62,779 nt of DNA from Actinomycetota bacterium (lineage in GTDB: Bacteria; Actinomycetota; Humimicrobiia; Humimicrobiales; Humimicrobiaceae): contig JAYEJA010000054.1 in the NCBI GenBank assembly GCA_034660395.1, positions 1-62,779 of the forward strand, given 5' to 3'. Positions 30,483-40,433 of the stretch are shown piece by piece. The notes beneath the pieces are model-generated. The model worked only from the letters and a program-made list of their open reading frames with translations, searched no databases and was not told where the DNA came from. Position 1 is the stretch's first letter; the number at the start of each line of letters is the position of its first letter. Position numbers and translations under genes: made by a program.

Positions 30483-31657
30483 CTTCTTTTATAGACTACC
30501 ATACCTTTTGCAATTGTTGTATCAACCTCTAAATTCTTATCTAAAATAACTATATCGGCATCTTTGCCTGTTTCTATGCTGCCCTTTCTATCTTCTATTC
30601 CAAGTCGCTTTGCAGGGTTAACAGTTGCCATCCTTGCCGCTTCCGGTAAAGAAACACCCACCAGATTTACCATGTTCCTTACCGCCTTATCAAGAGTCAG
30701 CACGCTACCAGCAATAGTTCCATCCTTCAAACTTGCCTGTCCATCTGCAACGATAACCTCCTGGCCGCCAAGTTCATATAAACCATCGGGCATACCTGCT
30801 GCCCTCATGGCATCTGTAATTAAGATTATCTTTTCCATCTCCTTTGTTCTAACTATAATCTTCATTACAGCGGGATGAAGATGTACCCCGTCTGCAATCA
30901 TCTCTATCATTAACTCCGGAGAGGTTAAAGCCGCTCCCACAACTCCCGGTTTACGGTGATTCAGTCCGCTCATTGCATTAAAAGTATGGGTAACATGGGA
31001 TGCGCCGGCGCTTATGCTTTCCTGCACCTCTTCATAAGTAGCTTCCGTATGCCCTATTGAAACAATTATGCCCTTTTCGTGCAGCCATTTTATAAAATCA
31101 AGTGCTCCCGGTATTTCGGGCGCCATGGTTATTATACGGATTAGATTACCAGAAACTTTTTCAAATTCTAAAAACTCCTCAACTGAAGCTTCCTTTATCT
31201 CTTCTTCTTTCTGGGCTCCCTTTCTGCTTACATTAATATATGGTCCCTCCATATGTATACCGAGGATTTCAGCAGCTGTACCCCCTTCCTCAAAAGCTTT
31301 CCGGATTCCTTTAAGACTTCGGGTGATTTTATCCCTGCTCATCGTCATTGTAGTAGGAAGAAAGGCTGTTGTTCCAAATCGGGAATGTGCAGCAGCTATT
31401 TTCCTTATAGCTTCTGCATTACCATCCATTGCGTCAAATCCGCCGCCGCCATGCATATGTATATCTATAAAACCTGGCACTACATATTTATCCGAAGCGT
31501 CAATTATGTCTGCTTCTTTTGTAGAATCTATATCCTTTTCATTTCTTATATCCATAATCTTTTCATTGCTGATATAAACAGCTTCACCCCGTGATATCTT
31601 AAAAGGGGTTACTATTTTACCACCTAAAATAATAGTAACTTTATTTTTATCATTCAT
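30467..31657 (-). CDS. nagA: N-acetylglucosamine-6-phosphate deacetylase
   Basis: PGFIDIHMHG, HMEGPY, HTFNAM, DGVHLHP, LITDAM and IAGSVLT motifs. Confidence 0.95.
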   Translation of the reverse strand: MNDKNKVTIILGGKIVTPFKISRGEAVYISNEKIMDIRNEKDIDSTKEADIIDASDKYVVPGFIDIHMHGGGGFDAMDGNAEAIRKIAAAHSRFGTTAFLPTTMTMSRDKITRSLKGIRKAFEEGGTAAEILGIHMEGPYINVSRKGAQKEEEIKEASVEEFLEFEKVSGNLIRIITMAPEIPGALDFIKWLHEKGIIVSIGHTEATYEEVQESISAGASHVTHTFNAMSGLNHRKPGVVGAALTSPELMIEMIADGVHLHPAVMKIIVRTKEMEKIILITDAMRAAGMPDGLYELGGQEVIVADGQASLKDGTIAGSVLTLDKAVRNMVNLVGVSLPEAARMATVNPAKRLGIEDRKGSIETGKDADIVILDKNLEVDTTIAKGMVVYKRRWGKQ

Positions 31658-31723
31658 TTTGCACCAATTCCTTTACCAGTTTCTCCTTGAAAATATCAAA
31701 TTATTTAATAAACTTACCGGATA

Positions 31724-33133
31724 TTACTTTCTGCCATCAATTAACGGCAGGCTTGCCGCAGCAATTGACTGCCCGACCCTCCTGCTGGACTCGTCCGGAA
31801 GGTTAATAGTTATCTTATCCGCGAGCCCGGGAAATTCTTCTTCTAAAACCTGCCTGGCTTTTTGCAGAATTACCTGGCCCCCTTCACCTGATGTAACCCT
31901 CCCTAAAATTAATACTGTCTCAATTTCATAAAATTGGGAATAATAAGCGATGCCGTAGCCTAAATAACAACCAATAGTATCAAAAATCTTTTTTGCCTGC
32001 TTATTCCCCCCGGTTACCATCCCCTGGATAATTTTTAGTTTCCCGGCAGGGGTGATTCCATCACCAGGATTAATACCCGCTTTTTCAGCAAGCCTTACAG
32101 CCGCAAGCTGTGAGAGATACTGGACTCCGCAACCCTTTTCACCGGACCACTCGTCAACAGGTGCATCATCGTTCAGGTCAATGGGAATAAAGGCAAGTTC
32201 GTTTAACCAGCCGTTGATATTACCTTTTTTATTTATATAGCCGCCGGCCTCACTGGATCCCATAGCAATGCCCAGCACTGCATTTTTCTTTAAAGACATG
32301 GAACCGGCCAGAGCCGTAACTTCACCATCATTTATCACTTTAAGGGGTACACCCCACTCATCCTGTATATCTAAAAAAATATTTCTTACTTTTTTATTAA
32401 ATAAATCTTCCGGAATCCCCCTGAATATGGAAGCGTTCATCACCCTGTTATTTATATATATACCTGCAGAGCTTCCCCCTATAGCATCAACACGGGGCAT
32501 ATGAGATGCAGCGTGGTGCAGCATTGACATAATTTCATGGTAATGATATCCGGGATCGGTCTTCTTACCGGGATTCCACACTATTTCCTCGCTATAAACC
32601 ACTTTGCCGTCTATAGAAGCGCTAACTTTCCTGTCACTTGCACCAAGGTCAAATCCAATCCGGCATCCGTCAAGATGTCCCCCCAGTACAATTGATTTCT
32701 TGCTGCTTGAAGGTATCCTTTCTATATCCACGCTAACAACTTCAAAAGGCTTTTCATATATACCGGACATGAACTTTGCATCAAAGGAGCGCTTTCCTTT
32801 TTCCGAATATACATTTTTTAAATGCTCGCCAATCTTTTTCGAGCCGCCAATTATTATTTTATAACCGCCGTACATCCACAAAAGTGTTTTTGCAAGCAAT
32901 TCAATATACTTAAAATTATATGAAGAAAAATCAGATTCTTCCTTGAATATCCCTGTTTCATATACCAGGACGGAATCTTCTTCCTTCTCAATACCAATCC
33001 ATAATGGAATATCCCGGCCGGTATTTTTAAGGTTTTCATTGAATGCCTTAACAAATAAAACTGCAGGCTGAAAATTATCATCAAGGGGCAGCTGTATTTT
33101 TGGTTTTACCAATGATAATAATTTTTCGCTCAT
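31724..33133 (-). CDS. ROK-family sugar kinase-like protein
   Basis: IGFDLGASD, NDGEVTALAG, GSSEAGG and NELAF motifs; directly upstream of nagA. Confidence 0.8.
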   Translation of the reverse strand: MSEKLLSLVKPKIQLPLDDNFQPAVLFVKAFNENLKNTGRDIPLWIGIEKEEDSVLVYETGIFKEESDFSSYNFKYIELLAKTLLWMYGGYKIIIGGSKKIGEHLKNVYSEKGKRSFDAKFMSGIYEKPFEVVSVDIERIPSSSKKSIVLGGHLDGCRIGFDLGASDRKVSASIDGKVVYSEEIVWNPGKKTDPGYHYHEIMSMLHHAASHMPRVDAIGGSSAGIYINNRVMNASIFRGIPEDLFNKKVRNIFLDIQDEWGVPLKVINDGEVTALAGSMSLKKNAVLGIAMGSSEAGGYINKKGNINGWLNELAFIPIDLNDDAPVDEWSGEKGCGVQYLSQLAAVRLAEKAGINPGDGITPAGKLKIIQGMVTGGNKQAKKIFDTIGCYLGYGIAYYSQFYEIETVLILGRVTSGEGGQVILQKARQVLEEEFPGLADKITINLPDESSRRVGQSIAAASLPLIDGRK

Positions 33134-33289
33134 ATTATTTCACCATCTTTCTATATAGAATTAATAAAAATTTCTGCTTTTCATTTTAATTTATTATTAT
33201 TTTACCCGATACTTTTGGGTTCAAAATGTTATAACCTCCGGACCATTAAAAATATAATTTTTCCATAATAAATTTACATTTATCAAGAA

Positions 33290-34123
33290 TCATCCTTTTA
33301 ACGCCCCTGCAGACAACCCTTTTATAAACTGGCGCGACAGAATAAAATAAAAAATAATTACGGGCAGTGAAGCCATGGCAAGTACCGAGAAAACCAGCCC
33401 GAAATTAGTTTCATACTGGCCAAACAACAGTGCCGTAGCTATAGGAATGGTTCTTGCATTATCCGACCTTATCAGCAGTAACGGGAACCAGAAGTCATTC
33501 CATATCGGTATGAAATTTATGATAACCACAGCTGCCAGTGCCGGTCGAAGTAGAGGCAGCACTATCTTAAAAAATATCTTAGCCTCGCTGCACCCATCTA
33601 TTCTTGCAGAATTACTCAGTTCCTCCGGAATCAGTCTTATAAAATCGGTAAGTACAAACACTCCAAATGGAATACCCATTGCCGTATAAACTATTATTAA
33701 GGCTGTAAGAGTATCAAATATCTTAAGACTGAGCATAATTCTGATTATCCCTATAGTCCCCAGCTTAATCGGGACTATCAGGCCTGCAATAAAATAAAAA
33801 TAAAGAAACCTGCTTCCGAAAAACTTATACTTCGCAAGCACATAAGAAATTAAGGAAGAAAGAACTACGATTATAAGGAGCGACGTAAGTGTAACTAAAA
33901 TACTATTCCTGAAATAAGTTAAATAATTAGATACCTCGAAAAGCTGCACATAGTTATCAAGATTAAAAGATTGAGGCAGACTGTAAGGGCTTGTGAATAT
34001 CTCCTCATTTTCTTTTAATGACGTAGTTATCATTAAATAAATCGGATAAAATATAGTTAAAGCATATATTGCCAAAACAACATATAAAAGTGTTTTTGTT
34101 GTCCCTCTTTTAATCTTTAGCAT
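33290..34123 (-). CDS. Carbohydrate ABC permease (MalG-like)
   Basis: ARIDGCSE (EAA motif) and WNDFWFPL. Confidence 0.92.
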   Translation of the reverse strand: MLKIKRGTTKTLLYVVLAIYALTIFYPIYLMITTSLKENEEIFTSPYSLPQSFNLDNYVQLFEVSNYLTYFRNSILVTLTSLLIIVVLSSLISYVLAKYKFFGSRFLYFYFIAGLIVPIKLGTIGIIRIMLSLKIFDTLTALIIVYTAMGIPFGVFVLTDFIRLIPEELSNSARIDGCSEAKIFFKIVLPLLRPALAAVVIINFIPIWNDFWFPLLLIRSDNARTIPIATALLFGQYETNFGLVFSVLAMASLPVIIFYFILSRQFIKGLSAGALKG

Positions 34124-34181
34124 TTATACCTTCCTCTGCCAGCTTTCGCCATATTGTCATATAGTATTCATCTCTGTTCAT

Positions 34182-35120
34182 TTATCTGTCTCCTTCTTCC
34201 CTTGCTCCCATACTCTGCATTCTAAACAGCATCATTAAAACAATAACCCCTATAGTCACTATAAGTACTATCATGGTAGCCACGGTTGCTCCCATGCCCA
34301 TACCCCAGCCGCCTCTTCCGATCGGGAAAAATGCTGCTCTGTAAAACAGGGAGCCAAACAGGTCGGTACCATATTGCGGGTTGGCATATGGGCTTGTCAT
34401 GGCATAAACAATATCAAATTGTGTAAAATCACCTATAAAAATCAGTATCGTTACTATTCCCACAATAGGCAGAATTGAAGGAAAAATTATGTATCTAATC
34501 TCGGCTAACGGTCCGACGCCATCAATCCTTGCTGCTTCTAAAACTTCTTTATCTATAGCATCTATGCCTGCAGTATAAAAGATAATTGACGTACCCAGGA
34601 ACTGCCAGCTTGTAACAACTGCTATTACTACCAGTGCTATCGATGGGGTACCGAGCCAGGGTCTTACCAGAAACCCCAGCCCCATGACTTCAAGGAATTT
34701 ATCAAAAATTCCCCAGACAGGATTTAGAATTAACGTAAATAAAAACCCCGCTACTATTACTGATAATGTAGTGGGCAGGAAACTTATCCTCCGGAAAAAT
34801 GTATTTCCGGAAAACTTCCTCGTAACCATGATTGCTATAAAAAAACCAATGACATTCTGGAAAAAAGTCACTATCAAGAAAAATATCACGGTGTTTTTAA
34901 ATGCATTAAAAAATCTTTCGCTGTAAATATCCCTGGTAAAAAGCTGTATATAATTCTGAAATCCAACAAACTCTTTAGGAACTATTCCGGGGCCGCCAAA
35001 CAAACTAAAAAACATTGCATGTAATATCGGAACAACCAAAAAAACAGTATATACAACAAATCCACCCGCCAGGAAAAGAAGAATAAAATAATTTTTTTTC
35101 TTCCTGTAAGTCTCTGCCAT
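34182..35120 (-). CDS. Carbohydrate ABC permease (MalF-like)
   Basis: FVGFQNY and EAARIDGVG motifs. Confidence 0.92.
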   Translation of the reverse strand: MAETYRKKKNYFILLFLAGGFVVYTVFLVVPILHAMFFSLFGGPGIVPKEFVGFQNYIQLFTRDIYSERFFNAFKNTVIFFLIVTFFQNVIGFFIAIMVTRKFSGNTFFRRISFLPTTLSVIVAGFLFTLILNPVWGIFDKFLEVMGLGFLVRPWLGTPSIALVVIAVVTSWQFLGTSIIFYTAGIDAIDKEVLEAARIDGVGPLAEIRYIIFPSILPIVGIVTILIFIGDFTQFDIVYAMTSPYANPQYGTDLFGSLFYRAAFFPIGRGGWGMGMGATVATMIVLIVTIGVIVLMMLFRMQSMGAREEGDR

Positions 35121-35201
35121 AAATTTCTCCTGATATCTAATAAATCTTTCTACACTTCTTAATATTAATAATAATTAAATGTTCGTTATTAAACCCGTAG
35201 T

Positions 35202-35236
35202 GGCTGTCCTGGCAGAATGAATCTGCCAGGACAGCC
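35202..35236. other. Strong hairpin between binding-protein gene 1 and its permease (likely mRNA stabiliser)
   Basis: GGCTGTCCTGGCAGA-N5-TCTGCCAGGACAGCC; no clear U-tract on the coding strand. Confidence 0.7.
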
Positions 35237-35270
35237 CCATAAACTACAGGAGGCTAAAGTATCCTGCATA

Positions 35271-36580
35271 CTACTGCATCGGCTCATACCATTGTTCCAG
35301 CCCATCCTGTACATGAGCTGCTGCTTCTTCTGGAGTGTACTCATCAGTTAGAAGACCGGCCATAGCTTCAACCATCAAATCATACCCTGATGGCACACCT
35401 GCCATCATCTTCTCCCAGGTAGTTCTTATGGTTACATCTGCATCACCTGCTGCTGCAATCATTTCTGATGCCAGTTCATTTGATATTGTGTAATCACCAG
35501 GTACATATGAGAAGAAGCCCGGTGTTTCTTCCATCATTATTGCCGCAAACTCCGGTGTAGCAAGCCAGTTTGCCAGCGCTAGTGCAGCATCCATATTTTC
35601 TGAATCCTTATTTACACCTACGCCGTAATCAACATGGAAGCAGTACTGGAGTGTATCACCTTCATTTTCAACCGATGGCTGGAACCAGCCAATATCAGTT
35701 AATCCAAGTCCCTCAAAAGTGGATATTTCCCATGAACCGCCTATATACATTGCTGCCTGGCCTGTTCCAAACAGCTGCTGCTGACCAACATAATCAATAG
35801 ATTCATAACCATCCGGGAAATACGGCTGCAGCTGGTCCATAGCCGCAAATGCATCTACAAACGGCTGGTCGGTCATCTTCATTTCTCCAGCAACAAGCGC
35901 CTGCCTGCTTTCCTCGCCGCCATAGAAATTAGCGCCCAGTCCGCTGTACATAACCTCATACAGGTCCCACCTATCATTTGTACCCTGGGCAATTACAGTC
36001 TCTCCATTATCTTTCAAAGTCTGGCAAACATCTATAAATTCTGCCCATGTTGCCGGCTCTGTCAGGTCATACTTATCAAAAATAGCAGTATTGTAATAAA
36101 CGCCATGAGTTACACCGGCCATGGGTACTCCATATATCACGCCGTCATCCGTAGCCCAGGCATTAATAGCTGCATCAGGAAAGTCTGACAATGCTGAGAC
36201 TTCATCATTTAATTCAGCCAGATAACCTGCATCATAGACAGCTTCACCATCATCAAATGAACGCAGGAACATTATATCCGGCCCCACACCTGTTTCCAGA
36301 GAAGACATTAACTGTGCATCATACTCTGTATTCTTTGTCGGCTGGAACTCAACTGTTACATTTGGATATTTTTCAGTAAAATTGGCAAGCATTGAATCCC
36401 ACAAAGCAATATCCTCGGTTCTCCAGCTACCAAACTCAATTGTTCCTTCTATAGCTTCCGTAGTTTCAACTTCTGCTGTTTCTTCCTCTCCAGCTGCTTC
36501 CTTACATCCTGCAAGCGAAAAGGTTGCTATCATTGAAACAGTTAGAATTATTACCAGAAACAACCATAATGACTTTTCAT
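35271..36580 (-). CDS. Sugar ABC substrate-binding lipoprotein 1; SD-led ATG36580 is out of frame (A4 versus A5 in the paralog)
   Basis: LAGC lipobox and SBP_bac_1-like sequence. ATGAAAAGTCA here versus ATGAAAAAGTCA at 41806. Confidence 0.88.
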
Positions 36581-36819
36581 TTTTTATACACCCTCCTCTT
36601 ATAATTTTACTTATCCACAAAATTCTAATAAAATCTTCTCTGAGATTTTTTTAGGGCTTTAGTTCCAGCAGAACTTAAGGTATGCCTGAGCAAATCTCAC
36701 TTTTTTTTTCATAAAATCCTCCTTTCTTTACTCCTGTATTAATCAGGAAAGATAGCTTTCTGCTTTCTTATAATCAATCACCCCCTATTTCTATTAAGAA
36801 ATTCTTTTCCTTATTGTAT
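36480..36819. repeat. Direct repeat copy 1 (~340 bp): leader, micro-ORF and SBP signal peptide
   Basis: Near-identical to 41705-42044 by eye alignment. Confidence 0.92.
36659..36712 (-). CDS. Micro-ORF MKKKVRFAQAYLKFCWN (17 aa) in the SBP1 leader
   Basis: Strong SD AAGGAGG, then ATG, A9 tract, TAA at 36661-36659. Confidence 0.5.
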   Translation of the reverse strand: MKKKVRFAQAYLKFCWN

Positions 36820-36853
36820 ATAAATTTTAAAAAATCCTTTTAAAATTACTTTT

Positions 36854-38437
36854 TCAATTTTTTAAGCTTACAGGTAAAGTCCCCTCAGCTTCGTATTCAC
36901 CAGTCATTATCTCTGCTGCAACCTTCAGATTAGATGGACTACAATCATATATTGCTAAAAACGCATCTATTCCACTTAAAGACTGCATATTAAAGGGGTT
37001 ATCAGATATAACTATTACAGGAATATCACTATCCTGAAGCTCTTTAACTATTTTTATTTGATGGGAGTCATTTAAAGAACTATAAATACAGACAATTACC
37101 AGATCTACATATTCCGGCAAAGAAAGCGGCTCGCTATTGCCTAATATAATATGTTCAACATCATCTATACCTTTTTTCCTCAAGAAATTAACCAGTAAGT
37201 CATTATTTTCGATCTCATCTTCTGCAAGTGATAATTTCTTAACCGGAAAATCTATAACAGTCACTTTCTTATATTTATTTTTTATGGGAATTAAATTATT
37301 CTCATTCCTGACAAGCGTTACACCTGCCTTTGAGACTTCATACGCAATTTTTTCTTCTTTTTCCCTGTTAATTTTTTTGTAATCAGCTAAAGGTATATTT
37401 TTAAGCCCAATCCTCTCACTCTTAAGTTTTAATATTCTTAATACAGAATCCTCTATACGCTCCATATTAATTCTGCCTTTCTTTACTGCTTTAATTGTTT
37501 CTTTTATGGCTGCTTTTTGCCTGCCCGGACTATGTGATATTAGAACTATGTCGGCACCTGCTTCAATAGCCATAACTGATCCCTCTACAGTTCCAAAATT
37601 ATCAGAAATTGCCTTCATTTCCATACAATCAGTTATAATCACGCCCTTATAAGCCATTTTATTTCTAAGTAAATCTGTTAAAATACTATAAGACAGCGTT
37701 GTGGGTATTCCTTTTTTAGATTCCAGAGCAGGTACATAAATATGAGCTGTCATAATACTATCTACTCCAGCTTTTACCGCTTCTTTAAATGGGTAAATTT
37801 CCAGTTTTTCCAGGTGCTCACTGCTAAACTTAATAACGGGAAGCTCAAGGTGTGAATCAGCAACTGTACTTCCATGTCCCGGAAAATGCTTGGCACATGC
37901 AATAACTCCCTCTTTTTGCATACCTTTTATAAAAGCTGCTCCCATTTTTGCAACCAGATTAGCATCCCCGCCAAATGACCTTGTCCCTATATGCATATTC
38001 TGTGGATTACTATTTATATCCATCACAGGTGCTAGGTCCATATTAATTCCAACTGCCTTTAATTGTAACGCAACCTGCCTGCCTACCTTCTCTGCAAAAG
38101 ACGGACTTCCTGTTGCTCCTATTAACATATTACCGGGAAAATGTGTTCCTCCCGACAGACGACTTACCCTGCCTCCTTCCTGATCAGTAGATATCAAAAG
38201 CGGTAAATGAAGCTTTTTATCCATAGCCAATTTTTGTAAATCATTTGACAAATTGGATACTTGTTTGAGTGACTCTATATTACGTCTGAAATATATCACT
38301 CCTCCTACATGGTAATCTTCTATTATCTCTTTTATATCAGAATCTATTCCAGTTCCCTTAAAACCAACCTGAAACATCTGCCCTACTTTCTCTTCAAGCG
38401 TCATTCTAGAAAATATTTTTTCTGTAGTAACATTCAT
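36854..38437 (-). CDS. GH3 beta-N-acetylhexosaminidase (NagZ-like, two-domain)
   Basis: DQEGGRV, KHFPGHG, DSHLELP and ITDCMEM motifs. Confidence 0.9.
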   Translation of the reverse strand: MNVTTEKIFSRMTLEEKVGQMFQVGFKGTGIDSDIKEIIEDYHVGGVIYFRRNIESLKQVSNLSNDLQKLAMDKKLHLPLLISTDQEGGRVSRLSGGTHFPGNMLIGATGSPSFAEKVGRQVALQLKAVGINMDLAPVMDINSNPQNMHIGTRSFGGDANLVAKMGAAFIKGMQKEGVIACAKHFPGHGSTVADSHLELPVIKFSSEHLEKLEIYPFKEAVKAGVDSIMTAHIYVPALESKKGIPTTLSYSILTDLLRNKMAYKGVIITDCMEMKAISDNFGTVEGSVMAIEAGADIVLISHSPGRQKAAIKETIKAVKKGRINMERIEDSVLRILKLKSERIGLKNIPLADYKKINREKEEKIAYEVSKAGVTLVRNENNLIPIKNKYKKVTVIDFPVKKLSLAEDEIENNDLLVNFLRKKGIDDVEHIILGNSEPLSLPEYVDLVIVCIYSSLNDSHQIKIVKELQDSDIPVIVISDNPFNMQSLSGIDAFLAIYDCSPSNLKVAAEIMTGEYEAEGTLPVSLKN

Positions 38438-38557
38438 TTTATTTACCTTTTTTCTAATTTCTAATTAAATCTATAATTTATAAAAATCTATAATTTATCC
38501 TTTCCATTTTCTTTCAAAAATAGACTTGCCTCTATATTGACTCTATTCCAAAATAAA

Positions 38558-39415
38558 TTATCCTTTTAGTGCTCCCTGGGCAGCAAATCCACGTGCAATC
38601 TGCCTGTGGAATAATGCATACAATAAAATCATTGGCGACATCCCCATAACCAGTGCTGCAAACTGCATTCCATACTCGGTTGCAAGAGGGCCCGAGAATG
38701 CGTAAATGCCGACAGGCAAACTTCTTGAGGCATCAGAACTGGTAAAGACCAGAGCAAGCATAAATTCATTCCAGCATGCAAGAGCAGTAAAAATAAGCAT
38801 GGTAACCATAACGGGTTTACACATAGGCAAAATAATTCTAAAAAAAATAGTAAAATAAGAAGCACCGTCAATCTGCGCAGATTCAATAACGGAGTCTGGT
38901 ATCACCTTTATAAATTCTGTACCCAGGTAAATTGCAAGAGGCATATTAATTGCTGTATAAATAAGTATTATTCCTATGCGTGTATCTCTGAGCCCAATCC
39001 GCGTCATGGAAATAAAAAGCGGAATTAAAATTGCCTGTATGGTAATAAGCAGGCCTATTAAAAAGGAATTATACAGAAACGGAGTTGCTTTATTTTTTAT
39101 TTTTGCAAATGCAAATGAAGCCATCATTGAAAGGAAAATAACCAATCCTGTGGAAACAAATGTATATATAACACTGTTTATGACATATTTATCCAGTTTT
39201 CCTTTTATTACCGCCTGGATGTAATTGCTAAAAGTTGGGTTCTCAGGCAATGCAAAACTGTCTCTTATAATTTCAAGTTGCGGTTTAAAAGAGGAATAAA
39301 AAACCCAGATTAATGGATATAGAGTAAGTAATGTAAACACTATAAACACTGCATAAGCCAGTACCTTACTAAGATTATTTTGCTTCGCTCTCGTAACCAG
39401 ACTATCTTCATACAT
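38558..39415 (-). CDS. Carbohydrate ABC permease (MalG-like)
   Basis: ESAQIDGAS and WNEFMLA motifs. Confidence 0.92.
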   Translation of the reverse strand: MYEDSLVTRAKQNNLSKVLAYAVFIVFTLLTLYPLIWVFYSSFKPQLEIIRDSFALPENPTFSNYIQAVIKGKLDKYVINSVIYTFVSTGLVIFLSMMASFAFAKIKNKATPFLYNSFLIGLLITIQAILIPLFISMTRIGLRDTRIGIILIYTAINMPLAIYLGTEFIKVIPDSVIESAQIDGASYFTIFFRIILPMCKPVMVTMLIFTALACWNEFMLALVFTSSDASRSLPVGIYAFSGPLATEYGMQFAALVMGMSPMILLYALFHRQIARGFAAQGALKG

Positions 39416-39420
39416 AATTT

Positions 39421-40314
39421 TTACTCTCCCATAACATTTGCTTTTCTCTGAAAAACCCTGATTATGATTATTAAAATAATTGATAATATTACCATAACTG
39501 TAGAAATAGCAGAGCCCACACCATAATCGTAATTTACAAAGGCATAATTATACATATAAATTGATAATAAATTAGTATAATAAGCAGGTCCGCCGCCCGT
39601 CATGGCAAATATTAAATCAAAACTTCTTAAGCTCCCTGCTATAGCTAAAATTGCAGTTAATGCTATCACCCCGGTAAGCTGGGGAACAACTATCTTCCTG
39701 AAAATTTGCCCCTCACTCGCACCATCAATCTGCGCCGCTTCAATTATATTTGGGTCTACATTTTGAAGATTTGCCAGAAAAATAATAAGATAATATCCTG
39801 TATACATCCATAACAGGACAAATGCAATCGGAATCATTGCAAACTGCTTACTATTCATAATAGTAAAAGCAAAATTTGGATTATTGGTAATCTTTTGAAT
39901 AATCACTGTTATAGCTCCTATAGGAGAGAACATTTTTGACCATAAAATCCCTATAATTATTGTAGAAATAACAGTTGGTAAAAAAACCATAGCCTGGAAG
40001 AAGCCGGAGCGCTTTACAAGCTTTCTGTATATAAGATATGCGAGTCCAAATCCCAGTGGTATCTGACCAAAGACAGATACAAAAATTACAAAGAAATTGT
40101 TTCTCATTGAAAACCAGAAGACGGGATCTCTAAATATTTTTATATAATTCGCCAGACCTGTCCAGATTGCTGTATTTTTATAAATATTATAATCTGTGAA
40201 ACTCAAACCTATTGATGACGCAATTGGAAATGCTATTATTAAAAGATACACCCCCAGTGCCGGTAATACAAAAGCAAGATATATAAGTATTTTCTTAAAC
40301 TTTTCACTTTTCAT
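39421..40314 (-). CDS. Carbohydrate ABC permease (MalF-like)
   Basis: WTGLANY and EAAQIDGASE motifs. Confidence 0.92.
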   Translation of the reverse strand: MKSEKFKKILIYLAFVLPALGVYLLIIAFPIASSIGLSFTDYNIYKNTAIWTGLANYIKIFRDPVFWFSMRNNFFVIFVSVFGQIPLGFGLAYLIYRKLVKRSGFFQAMVFLPTVISTIIIGILWSKMFSPIGAITVIIQKITNNPNFAFTIMNSKQFAMIPIAFVLLWMYTGYYLIIFLANLQNVDPNIIEAAQIDGASEGQIFRKIVVPQLTGVIALTAILAIAGSLRSFDLIFAMTGGGPAYYTNLLSIYMYNYAFVNYDYGVGSAISTVMVILSIILIIIIRVFQRKANVMGE

Positions 40315-40347
40315 AATTGATATATTTAATCACCTGTTATTTTTATT

Positions 40348-40375
40348 AATGGGCACCGTTTAAACGGTGCCCATT
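40348..40375. other. Perfect 28-bp palindrome after binding-protein gene 2
   Basis: AATGGGCACCGTTT|AAACGGTGCCCATT. Confidence 0.8.
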
Positions 40376-40433
40376 TTCCAATGCTGTTACCTTGCAGCTT
40401 CTCATTTTCCAATGCTGTTACCTTGCAGCTTCT
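40372..40433. repeat. Exact 31-bp tandem duplication spanning the SBP2 stop codon
   Basis: CATTTTCCAATGCTGTTACCTTGCAGCTTCT at 40372-40402 and 40403-40433. Confidence 0.9.
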
